NCBI GenBank assembly: GCA_035493595.1
Contig: DATJHZ010000195.1
Coordinates: 5,664 to 69,663, forward strand
DNA from: Cyclobacteriaceae bacterium
GTDB lineage: Bacteria > Bacteroidota > Bacteroidia > Cytophagales > Cyclobacteriaceae
DNA length: 64,000 nt
Reading direction: 5' to 3'
The translations under genes were made by a program, and so were the position numbers. Below are positions 46,378-55,245 of the stretch, piece by piece (position 1 is the first letter of the stretch; every line of letters starts with the position of its first letter). The notes under the pieces were generated by a model. It had not been told where the DNA came from. It searched no databases and saw only the letters and a list, made by a program, of their open reading frames with translations.

Positions 46378-48030
46378 TTATTTAACGAGTAATTCTCGGG
46401 CGTTTTCTAATGCAACCTTTGATGGTTTTTCGCCTCCGATCATTTTTGCAATTTCTTCTATGCGTTCATCGCGACTTAGTGTTTTAATAGCACTTACTGT
46501 TTTGTGATCTGAATTATTTTTAAATACATAAAAATGGCTATCACCTTTTGCCGCAATTTGTGGAAGATGCGTGATGGTAATCAGTTGATGTTTGGCGGCC
46601 ATCTCCTTCATCATACTGCCAAGCTTAATGGCAATCTCTCCTGAAATACCATTGTCAATTTCATCCAGCACCAGCGTAGGCATAGAGGTTTTTTCAGCCA
46701 TAACATATTTTACGCAAAACATTAGTCGTGAAAATTCACCGCCTGAAGCTACCTGCGTAAGAGGCTTTGTTGCAATGCCTTTATTAGCACTAAATAAAAT
46801 TTCAATTTTATCAATGCCGTTGGACGTTGCTTCTGCTTCCTGTTGTTCAATGTTCAGGTTGGCTTCAGGTATCCCCAGTTCACGCAGAAGTTTTATAATC
46901 TGTTGGCAGATCGGTGTAAATACTTTTTTCCTTGAGTCGCTTAGTTTTGTACCAACTTTTTGAAGTTGAGTAGCTGCTTTTTGATAAGCACTCTCAGCAT
47001 TTGCAAGAGCTTCATCAAGGTTAGACGTTATATCAGCTTTGCGCTGAAGATCTTCCTGAAGGGTAAGCAGTTCTGTTAAATTGGCTGCCTTATGTTTTTT
47101 TAACAGGCGATATACAGAACTGAGTTTTTCCTTCACCAATTCAGCACGCTCCGGATCGAATTCAATATTATTTTCTTCGCGCTCTACTTCATTGAGAATG
47201 TCATCCATTTCAATGAGCAAGCTTTCCAGGCGTTGATGCAACGAATCATAAGATTGCGAATAGTCGCTGATATTTTGAAGATGACCTTTTGCTTCAGCAA
47301 TAGCATTACGAGCCGCGAACTCAGAGCGACTTACTAACTCTAATACCTGATTGAATCTGCTTTTTATTTCTTCCGCATGCTCTGATATTTTCAACTCTGA
47401 CTCAAGAGCGTCTTGATTTATTTCGTCAAGCCCCGCCTTTACCAATTCATCCAGTTGAAAGCGAATATAGTCAGCCTCCTGTCGCAGGGTTTCTGCATCG
47501 CGGGTAAGGTTTTCAAATTCCTTTTTACTCTTTAAGAACGCTGTCCAGCACTCAGCATATTCATCTTGTAGTTTTTGATTGCTGGCGTATGTGTCTATTA
47601 ATCTTAATTGAAATGTCTGGTTGCCAAGTTGAAGGGTTTCGTGTTGCGAGTGGATGTCCATGAGCAGACTTCCAATCTTTTTCATCACGTCAAGCGTAAC
47701 GGGTGTGTCGTTAATGAAAGCTCTCGATTTTCCTCCAGGACTTATTTCACGACGTAGCACTGTCATGTCATCATAATCCAGATCTTCTGTCTTAAAGATT
47801 GATTTGAGTTTGTATTCAGCAATACTAAAAACTCCTTCTGTTACACATTTTTCATTCTCATCCCACAACGCTTTTGAGTCGGCACGATTTCCCATAAGCA
47901 AGCCCAAGGCACCAAGCATAATGGATTTTCCGGCGCCTGTTTCTCCGGTAACGGCGTTAAGGTGAGCAGAAGGTTCAAGCTCCAGGTGCTTGATTAAAGC
48001 ATAATTTTTTATCGTAAGATGTTTCAGCAT
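46378..48030 (-). CDS. recN: DNA repair protein RecN
   Basis: N-terminal Walker A GETGAGKS, long coiled coil, C-terminal SGGE signature and VLDEID. Confidence 0.9.
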   Translation of the reverse strand: MLKHLTIKNYALIKHLELEPSAHLNAVTGETGAGKSIMLGALGLLMGNRADSKALWDENEKCVTEGVFSIAEYKLKSIFKTEDLDYDDMTVLRREISPGGKSRAFINDTPVTLDVMKKIGSLLMDIHSQHETLQLGNQTFQLRLIDTYASNQKLQDEYAECWTAFLKSKKEFENLTRDAETLRQEADYIRFQLDELVKAGLDEINQDALESELKISEHAEEIKSRFNQVLELVSRSEFAARNAIAEAKGHLQNISDYSQSYDSLHQRLESLLIEMDDILNEVEREENNIEFDPERAELVKEKLSSVYRLLKKHKAANLTELLTLQEDLQRKADITSNLDEALANAESAYQKAATQLQKVGTKLSDSRKKVFTPICQQIIKLLRELGIPEANLNIEQQEAEATSNGIDKIEILFSANKGIATKPLTQVASGGEFSRLMFCVKYVMAEKTSMPTLVLDEIDNGISGEIAIKLGSMMKEMAAKHQLITITHLPQIAAKGDSHFYVFKNNSDHKTVSAIKTLSRDERIEEIAKMIGGEKPSKVALENARELLVK

Positions 48031-48254
48031 CAGACTAGCTCGTCGAAGTAAAGTTCACTGATTTTATTCAGTTCAATAGATAGTTTTTTTAATCGCATGT
48101 TAATGATCGTAATACCACTTTCCGAAAGCTTACTCAGCTCACCAGGAAAGACATTACCATCATGCAGCACAATATTAATTTTTTTGCCGAGAAACTCCTT
48201 CATCCGGATTTTAATTTGATTCGGATCGCTTAATCTGATTTGTTTTGTGCCCAC
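48030..48254 (-). CDS. Small Sm/Hfq-like-fold protein (hypothetical)
   Basis: 74 aa. INIVLHDGNVFPGELSKLSESGITIINM fits the Sm1 pattern hxhxLxxGxxhxGxL...hxhhN. Its TGA shares one base with the recN ATG (TGATG). Confidence 0.5.
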   Translation of the reverse strand: MGTKQIRLSDPNQIKIRMKEFLGKKINIVLHDGNVFPGELSKLSESGITIINMRLKKLSIELNKISELYFDELV

Positions 48255-48295
48255 GATTAAAGATAAAAAAGAAGTATTGATTTCAGATAAAAATA

Positions 48296-49195
48296 TTAGT
48301 TCTGAATCATCTTGTCGTACATTCTGTTGGAAGGATCGATAGCCACAATGATGTCGTAGGCCTGTTTTCTTATCTGAAGGTTGCCATCCGAGAAAAGATT
48401 TGTGATCTCTTTTCCTTTAGCATCAAAAAAACTGATCACAAGAATCGAACTTGGGTTGATGTCCCTAACTTTTTTAATATCCTTTAATCCCTTCAGGATA
48501 ATTTCTCTTCCCTGATCAGGGTTTTTATCGAATGTATCCATGGCAAGCCTGTGATAGGAGTAAACTGCTTTTCTGAGGTCTACCATTTGTGAGTTGTTCA
48601 AGTTTTCCTGAAGCCAATACCGGTTTCTATTGCTCCCCAATGATTGCCATCCCGGACGATTTGATGATTGTGCATTGTTAACAACGGCCAACGCTTTTTG
48701 AAAATAAGGCGTGCCACCCAATTCACTAAATGAATCGTAGTCCATACCAATAATCACATAAGCATAAAACGCTAGCATGGATGTCAGGTTTGTGGTATAG
48801 GTATTATCATTATATTCTAATGGCTGAGATTCGATGTATTCAAATTCCCAATCTCGATCAGCAAAATTAAACAGCTGACTGGTATAGTTTGTATTATAGA
48901 TTGGTCTAGCGGAACGTACTTGTACCGAAGCTGAAAAGGAGCCAATAGCAGGCATTCTTGTAATCGTAATAAGCATGCTGCAATTGATCTTTTCATAATT
49001 CTTGAAATTGTCAGGAGTCCACTTACGGGTATTCATAAATTGTTCAAGACCCGTCTTCATGTCTTTAAAAACATTTCGATCGGTTGTCTGAACTTGTGTG
49101 GAGTTGATGGCTACTGTACAATTAAGTTCCTGTGCCTGGCTTAGCATAGGTAAGCAGGTGAGGTACAGAAGTATGATGATTAAGATACTACGCAT
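48296..49195 (-). CDS. porD: DUF4835-family protein (T9SS PorD-like)
   Basis: Signal peptide MRSILIIILLYL..SQAQ, the ELNCTV..INS..VQ motif, and conserved position between coaBC and recN. The start is taken at 49195. Confidence 0.6.
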   Translation of the reverse strand: MRSILIIILLYLTCLPMLSQAQELNCTVAINSTQVQTTDRNVFKDMKTGLEQFMNTRKWTPDNFKNYEKINCSMLITITRMPAIGSFSASVQVRSARPIYNTNYTSQLFNFADRDWEFEYIESQPLEYNDNTYTTNLTSMLAFYAYVIIGMDYDSFSELGGTPYFQKALAVVNNAQSSNRPGWQSLGSNRNRYWLQENLNNSQMVDLRKAVYSYHRLAMDTFDKNPDQGREIILKGLKDIKKVRDINPSSILVISFFDAKGKEITNLFSDGNLQIRKQAYDIIVAIDPSNRMYDKMIQN

Positions 49196-50390
49196 GAAGG
49201 TTCTCAATAATGGCTGAAACGATATCATGGGCAACTTCCTTTTTATCCTTCAATTCAAACGACTGGGGTCCATGATTCTTACTAATGATTGTAACTTTGT
49301 TTGTATCGTGTCCAAAGCCGGCACCTTTGTCATTAAGTGAATTGAGCACGATAAGATCAAAGTTTTTTGACTCCAGCTTCTTTAACGCGTTGACCTGTTC
49401 ATGTTCGGTCTCTAATGCGAAACCAACAATGAGCTGTCCATTGTGTTTTAGTTTACCTAATGAAGCCGCTATGTCAGTTGTCTTGGTAAGTTCAAGCACT
49501 AAATTTTCATCTTTCTTTTTAATCTTCTGATCAGCTACCTGTGCCGGACGATAGTCAGCTACTGCTGCTGAAAGCACTGTAATATCAGTTTCATTAAAAG
49601 CAGACAAGCATGCTTTATACATTTCCTCAGCTGAGGTTACTTTGGTAGTAGTGATCCCTGCATGTTCTGTCGACAGATGCGTAGGACCGGAGATAAGCTT
49701 AACGGAAGCGCCTTCATTTGCCAATGCTTCAGCAATAGCAAATCCCATTTTTCCACTGGAGTGATTACCGATAAAACGAACCGGATCTATTGCTTCATAG
49801 GTTGGGCCAGCAGTAACGAGTACTCTTTTACCTGAAAGTTTTTTTGTAGTGCTAAAAGCATCCTTTAGGTGCGAAACAATTTCTTCGGGCTCGGCCATTC
49901 TGCCAGAACCAATAAGGCCACTGGCTAATTCACCAAAGCCGGGTTCAATCACCTGATTGCCGAAATTTTTCAATTTGCTAAGATTTGCTTGCGTTGATGG
50001 GTGTTGCAACATATCCAGATCCATAGCAGGCGCAACATGAACCGGACATCGGGCCGACAAATAAACTGCTAACAATAAATTATCACACAAGCCATTGGCC
50101 ATCTTTGCCAATGTGTTAGCACTGGCTGGAGCAACAACCATAGCATCAGCCCATAGCCCCAACTCAACATGGTTATTCCATTGACCTGATGCGTCTTTAG
50201 CAAAATCTTTGAGTACCGGATTTTTAGATAATGTGGCCAGCGTTAATGGTGTGATAAAATCACAGGCCGAAGATGTCATGATGACTTTAACATCAGCGCC
50301 CTCTTTAACAAGAAGGCGGATAAGGAGAGCGGATTTGTACGCGGCAATGCTGCCACAAACACCCAGAATTATTTTTTTGCCATTCAGCAT
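49188..50390 (-). CDS. coaBC: Bifunctional phosphopantothenoylcysteine decarboxylase / phosphopantothenate-cysteine ligase
   Basis: Flavoprotein N-domain (GVCGSIAAYK, PAMD) and CoaB C-domain (VTAGPT, NHSSGKMG, AAVADYRP). Confidence 0.9.
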   Translation of the reverse strand: MLNGKKIILGVCGSIAAYKSALLIRLLVKEGADVKVIMTSSACDFITPLTLATLSKNPVLKDFAKDASGQWNNHVELGLWADAMVVAPASANTLAKMANGLCDNLLLAVYLSARCPVHVAPAMDLDMLQHPSTQANLSKLKNFGNQVIEPGFGELASGLIGSGRMAEPEEIVSHLKDAFSTTKKLSGKRVLVTAGPTYEAIDPVRFIGNHSSGKMGFAIAEALANEGASVKLISGPTHLSTEHAGITTTKVTSAEEMYKACLSAFNETDITVLSAAVADYRPAQVADQKIKKKDENLVLELTKTTDIAASLGKLKHNGQLIVGFALETEHEQVNALKKLESKNFDLIVLNSLNDKGAGFGHDTNKVTIISKNHGPQSFELKDKKEVAHDIVSAIIENLHA

Positions 50391-50447
50391 ACGGGTATAA
50401 AGTTAGCTGTAACGCGCGTGCTAATTGCAATGTTAGCGACAAAGTAT

Positions 50448-50484
50448 CCATAAAAAGGCCAGATGATCACAGGCCTTTTTATGG
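50448..50484 (-). terminator. 13-bp perfect stem-loop downstream of rpoZ
   Basis: CCATAAAAAGGCC (50448-50460) pairs with GGCCTTTTTATGG (50472-50484) around an 11-nt loop. Confidence 0.6.
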
Positions 50485-50494
50485 AGTTATTTTG

Positions 50495-50818
50495 TTAAAG
50501 CTCTTGCTTCTCGTCAGTTTCGTTACGGAAACGGTGATTCAGCTTGCCTTCAATAAATTCTTCAGTTGCAGAATTTGTTGGCTTAGGCATGCGCTCATAG
50601 AATTTAGAAATTTCTATTTGCTCTCTGTTTTCAAATACTTCTTCCAGGTTATCTACAGTTGTAGCAAATTCAGCAAGCTTGTTGTTCAACTCTTCTTTCA
50701 GGTTAACAGCAATTTGTCTGGCGCGTTTAGAAATAACCACTACCGATTGGTATAGGTTGCCGGTTTGTGCGGCGATTTTATCAACATCGCGGGTGATTAT
50801 AGATGATTGTACAGCCAT
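50495..50818 (-). CDS. rpoZ: DNA-directed RNA polymerase subunit omega
   Basis: N-terminal NLYQSVVVISKRARQI pattern, with the conserved position between bamD and coaBC. Confidence 0.7.
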   Translation of the reverse strand: MAVQSSIITRDVDKIAAQTGNLYQSVVVISKRARQIAVNLKEELNNKLAEFATTVDNLEEVFENREQIEISKFYERMPKPTNSATEEFIEGKLNHRFRNETDEKQEL

Positions 50819-50822
50819 AGTG

Positions 50823-51638
50823 TTATGAATTATTGTTCTTTTTCGTTTTTGTTAATTTAGTAAGACTATCTGCATAAAGCTTTTCAGCATCTACCAGAAA
50901 GTTGCTTTGAGGATATTTATCTAAAAACTCTTTGTACACTTCTATTACTTCTGTGTAGCGTTCGTTTTGTTTTGAGTAAATGCTCTGCAAGGCTAATTTA
51001 TAACCTGCCAGAATGGTAAGGTAGTAGGCCTCCTCAACATATTTAGAATCAGGATAGTTGTTTCTGAAATTATTGAATGAAACCATCGCGGCTTTGTAGT
51101 AACGCATTCTGAAGTAAAGCTTGGCGTTGGCGAATCCTTTATTTTCCAGTTTTTCCTGAGCAGCAACAATAACTTCAATTGCCTGATCCTTGAATTTACT
51201 GTTAGGGTAGCGGTTCAAAAACTCCTGCATGGCAGCCATTGCATCAATGCTGCTGGACTGATCCAGATTGAAATTAGGGGATGCTTTGTATAATGATAAG
51301 GCATACATATACCTGGCTTCTTCAGCTACTGAACTGCGACCGTATGTCTCAAAGAACGTCTTGAATTGTTCAGAGGCCAGCAGGAAAAAACTCATATTAA
51401 ACTGGCAATAGGCCTGATTAAATTGCACTTTTTCACCTTCGGGCAAACCACGTACGACGGGCAAAATCTGCTCAAACAGGGTCGATGCCTTCAAATACTT
51501 CTTTTTAGCGAAGTAATCCAGCCCAGCCTGGTATTTTACATGCCAATCAGGGTTTTTCTCAATTCTCCTGAATTTACTGCATGAAAATCCCACTAAAAGG
51601 ACCAAAACATAAAACGCAATAGCAATTTGTTTCCGCAT
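50823..51638 (-). CDS. bamD: Outer membrane protein assembly factor BamD
   Basis: Lipobox GFSCS and TPR-like repeats (YxxA patterns). The start is taken at MRKQIAI. Confidence 0.8.
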   Translation of the reverse strand: MRKQIAIAFYVLVLLVGFSCSKFRRIEKNPDWHVKYQAGLDYFAKKKYLKASTLFEQILPVVRGLPEGEKVQFNQAYCQFNMSFFLLASEQFKTFFETYGRSSVAEEARYMYALSLYKASPNFNLDQSSSIDAMAAMQEFLNRYPNSKFKDQAIEVIVAAQEKLENKGFANAKLYFRMRYYKAAMVSFNNFRNNYPDSKYVEEAYYLTILAGYKLALQSIYSKQNERYTEVIEVYKEFLDKYPQSNFLVDAEKLYADSLTKLTKTKKNNNS

Positions 51639-51736
51639 AAGCCCGCAAATATAATACAAGTGAACTGAACTGTAAAACGCCTTTTTTGGCGATTTATTTG
51701 AGCCTCACAAAAGCCAACTAGCCCTTAAATAGGGCC

Positions 51737-53173
51737 TTATGTCTTACTGACTACTTTGGGCTTGTGATATTTCTCATAATTAGTTAAAAAATCACCCAGT
51801 TTTTCAATGGGCACCTTCTTGCCAATGATCTTTTTCTTATCGTCAAGCACATACAAAGTAGGAGTGCTTGGAGCGTCATAAAGTTGCTGATAATGACCTA
51901 CGGCACTATAGTAGAAGTTTACTGTAACCCAAGGCATTTTCATCTCTTTAATAAACTCCTTCATTTTTGTCATCGAAGTATCGGTGCTTACGGCAAATAC
52001 CTCCAGGTTATACTTAGCTTTATCTTTTGTGTAGAACTCAACCAGTTTTGGAGTTTCCTTTCGGCAGTGACCGCATTCAGGAGAAAAGAAAAATACGATA
52101 GTGTATTTGTTCTTAATATTATAAAGAGACTTTAATTGATCATGCGAGTCTTTCATGATCAGATCAGGAGCTGTTTTACCCAGCATACTTAACCGAACGC
52201 GATCGGCATAATCTTTTAAGTTCTTCTTCATTTTGTCATTTGCCCAAAAGTCCATGGCTCCAGTAGCAAAGTACTTATCATAGAGATCAACAAAAACCTC
52301 ATCAAGTCCCATGATCTCTGGCGTCTGGTATTTTATCATGCAATGCCACAACAGATACTTGAAAGTTTCCTGATTTGGTTTTGCCTTGGCCACCATTTTA
52401 TCAATGGCTTTTACGACAGAATCACGTTGAGGAACATAGAGTTTATCAAGGTATTCATCTACTTTTTGATTGTACAATGGTTGAGGTAATCTCAGTAGTG
52501 CGTCATCAGCCAAATCGAAATAATCAAAGAAGTGCTCTCTGTACCATTTCAACTGAAAGGTAGAATCAATACTTCCGTTAGCTTTTTTTGGAGGATCAGG
52601 AATCTTAACGGCCTTGTTGGCTTTGAAGAGTTTAGCGGTGATGGTAGTTGGATATTTAGTAATGACATCTTCCTGATAGGCCGTTACTTTATCATTTATC
52701 TTAGTGAATGCAGCGCGGGCATCTTTCTTTTTGTCTTCTGTTAAGGTGCTGTCGTTGACAACTTTTAAATAAGGATCAGCTTCCTTGTGTCGCTCCATAT
52801 TGAAGACCATGTTTTCGAAAAACAACTTGTTGTCCTGGTCGTTTTTAACCTTCATGTCTTTAATGTAGTCGGCAGTTGAGGTCTCCATGCTGAAGTTCTG
52901 ATTGGCTCCAACAACGAGTTCAAAGATTTTAGTTTTGTCAAGCACGAGCATGTACACGCCGTGAAGCAATGGTTGCTTGCCTTCGAAGGTGAATTCGCCT
53001 TTGCTATCAACCTTGGCGGTGTCGCGAACAAAAGTACTTTCACCGTAGTAGTAACCTAAATAGGCGGTGGTATCGTGAAGGCCTTGTATTTTAAAATGAA
53101 TTTTATATCCGGTTTGTGCATGGGCCACTAACCCTATACCCAAGAAGCAAAATAGAAAGAGATGAATACGCAT
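51737..53173 (-). CDS. Thioredoxin-fold TlpA-like thiol-disulfide oxidoreductase with an N-terminal DUF4369/DUF5106-like region
   Basis: Signal peptide. CxxC motif SPECGHCRK lies in a C-terminal thioredoxin fold. Confidence 0.75.
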   Translation of the reverse strand: MRIHLFLFCFLGIGLVAHAQTGYKIHFKIQGLHDTTAYLGYYYGESTFVRDTAKVDSKGEFTFEGKQPLLHGVYMLVLDKTKIFELVVGANQNFSMETSTADYIKDMKVKNDQDNKLFFENMVFNMERHKEADPYLKVVNDSTLTEDKKKDARAAFTKINDKVTAYQEDVITKYPTTITAKLFKANKAVKIPDPPKKANGSIDSTFQLKWYREHFFDYFDLADDALLRLPQPLYNQKVDEYLDKLYVPQRDSVVKAIDKMVAKAKPNQETFKYLLWHCMIKYQTPEIMGLDEVFVDLYDKYFATGAMDFWANDKMKKNLKDYADRVRLSMLGKTAPDLIMKDSHDQLKSLYNIKNKYTIVFFFSPECGHCRKETPKLVEFYTKDKAKYNLEVFAVSTDTSMTKMKEFIKEMKMPWVTVNFYYSAVGHYQQLYDAPSTPTLYVLDDKKKIIGKKVPIEKLGDFLTNYEKYHKPKVVSKT

Positions 53174-53408
53174 AAAGCTTAATTTGTGGCTAATTTCTTA
53201 AAATCAAACATTTTTTCAACGTAATTAATGAGCCGTAGTGTTATTTAGTGACCTTTTAACAATTTATTAAGATAATTAGATCGTATTCTCGCTCGAGTTT
53301 AGATCAATGATGACCAGATGAGGGCATAAAGTTGTAAATCATTTTAAAATAGCTGAAAATACAAATTGTGTATTCGGGGTTTAATTACTAAAATTGCGCT
53401 CCCATTTC

Positions 53409-53482
53409 GGGCCCTTAGCTCATTCGGTTAGAGCACCTGACTCATAATCAGGTGGTGGCTGGTTCGATTCCAGCAGGGCCCA
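53409..53482 (+). tRNA. tRNA-Met (anticodon CAT); could alternatively be a lysidine-modified tRNA-Ile2
   Basis: 74-nt cloverleaf. Acceptor GGGCCCT/AGGGCCC, D stem GCTC/GAGC, anticodon stem CCTGA/TCAGG with loop CTCATAA, T arm GCTGG-TTCGATT-CCAGC. 1:72 is paired, so it is not an initiator. CCA is not encoded. Confidence 0.85.
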
Positions 53483-53507
53483 CTTTTTTAACCTTATAAC
53501 ACTTCCC

Positions 53508-54134
53508 TTGAAGGACGGCGAAATCAAAAACCTGATATTTGATCTTGGAGGTGTTATTCTGGATCTGTCTGTTCCGCATACGCTGCAAGCGTTCTCAACC
53601 TTATCGTCACTTCCTCTAGATGAAGTAAAACATAAATTCATTACCTCTCCCGAATTTGAATCATATGAGAAGGGAGGAATTTCAGATGTTGAATTCAGAG
53701 AGTTTGTAAGAGAGGTGTATCATGTAAAAGCAACTGATGCTCAGATTGATCTCTGCTGGAATGCCATGTTGCGTGGAGTGCCTCTAATTAAAACTGAGCT
53801 TCTCAGTCGGTTAATGAATTCTTACCGGGTATTTCTGCTGAGTAACACGAATGGAATTCATCTTGATTTCATTAATAATGTTATACTTCCAAGAGATGTT
53901 AAGACTACATCACTCGATCCGTTTTTTCATCGCACATATTATTCTCATTTGATGCGCATGCGGAAGCCTGATGCTGAAATCTATCTTGCCGTGCTGGCAG
54001 AAAATAAGTTGAACGCAAACGAGACACTGTTTCTGGATGACAATAAGTATAACATTGAAGGTGCTGCCGCCGTTGGTATTAAAACTGTACACGTTACTAC
54101 ACCTGATTTAATACTGGATTATTTTCATGAATAA
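53508..54134 (+). CDS. HAD-superfamily hydrolase (subfamily IA)
   Basis: Motif I IFDLGGV, motif II LLSNTN, motif IV FLDDN. TTG start. Confidence 0.8.
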   Translation: MKDGEIKNLIFDLGGVILDLSVPHTLQAFSTLSSLPLDEVKHKFITSPEFESYEKGGISDVEFREFVREVYHVKATDAQIDLCWNAMLRGVPLIKTELLSRLMNSYRVFLLSNTNGIHLDFINNVILPRDVKTTSLDPFFHRTYYSHLMRMRKPDAEIYLAVLAENKLNANETLFLDDNKYNIEGAAAVGIKTVHVTTPDLILDYFHE

Positions 54135-55239
54135 AGATCAACGGAGAATTCTCCTGCAGGCATTCTTATTTTTAGCTACTGTATTTACAACCACATTCGC
54201 AGGTGCAGAGTTTGTTTCAACAAAGCCTTTGATTGATAAAGCTGGTTTTCACTGGGACAGCTTCGTTATTGGTTTTCAATACTCCATTCCATTTTTGCTG
54301 ATACTTACAACGCATGAATTTGGGCATTACTTCACAGCGATGTATCATAAAGTAAAAGCGTCTTTACCTTTCTTTATTCCCTTTCCTTTTTTTCTCGGGA
54401 CATTAGGAGCTGTTATTGTTCAGGAAAAACCTGCTGCTAAAAAACAAAGTTTTGACATTGGTGTCGCCGGACCACTTGCTGGGTTTGTTGTCGCTATGGC
54501 GATTCTTATTTACGGATTTACCCATCTGCCACCAGCAGATTATATTTTCCAAATTCACCCGGAGTATAAACAATACGGATTGGATTATGCAAGTCATGTT
54601 TACAAAGGTGGAGAAGGTGTGTTTGATTTATCAGTTGGTAAAAATCTGATCTTTCTGTTGTTAGAAAATCTTGTGGAGGATCCAACACGTATACCTAATC
54701 CACATGAAGTAATGCATTACCCATTACTCTTTGCTGGTTTTATATCACTAATTTTTACGTTTCTTAATCTGATGCCTATTGGGCAACTAGATGGCGGACA
54801 TGTTCTCTATGGTTTGATAGGACATGCTCGACATAAAAAGATAGCTTCTGTAATTTTTATTATCTTTTTATTCTATGCGGGTTTGGGTAATGAATATATC
54901 AATCCTTATAAACCTGCAAATGATTTACTATTATCGATATCAATTTATGTGGCCTTTCTCTATCTGGCATTAACAGGATTGAAACAACCATTAATTGATA
55001 CAATTATGTATGCCGTAGTTATGTTTGGTTTGCAGTTTTTGCTGGCTAAGTTCTTCCCTCATATTCAAGGCTATTCAGGATGGTTACTCTTTGCTTTTAT
55101 CCTTGGACGATTCATTGGAATTGAACATCCTCCATGTGATATTGAAAAACCGCTTGACACAAAGCGTAAACTGATGGGTTGGTTAGCGTTGCTTATTTTT
55201 TTATTGTGCTTTAGCCCTGCGCCATTGGTAATAGCTTAA
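54127..55239 (+). CDS. Site-2 protease (M50) family membrane metalloprotease
   Basis: HEFGHY zinc motif and NLMPIGQLDGGH motif. Multi-TM. Confidence 0.8.
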   Translation: MNKDQRRILLQAFLFLATVFTTTFAGAEFVSTKPLIDKAGFHWDSFVIGFQYSIPFLLILTTHEFGHYFTAMYHKVKASLPFFIPFPFFLGTLGAVIVQEKPAAKKQSFDIGVAGPLAGFVVAMAILIYGFTHLPPADYIFQIHPEYKQYGLDYASHVYKGGEGVFDLSVGKNLIFLLLENLVEDPTRIPNPHEVMHYPLLFAGFISLIFTFLNLMPIGQLDGGHVLYGLIGHARHKKIASVIFIIFLFYAGLGNEYINPYKPANDLLLSISIYVAFLYLALTGLKQPLIDTIMYAVVMFGLQFLLAKFFPHIQGYSGWLLFAFILGRFIGIEHPPCDIEKPLDTKRKLMGWLALLIFLLCFSPAPLVIA

Positions 55240-55245
55240 TACCAA

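Noticed and set aside
53420-53641. 73-aa minus-strand ORF.
   Set aside because: It overlaps the tRNA-Met gene and the start of the HAD hydrolase gene, so it is an artefact of the tRNA sequence.
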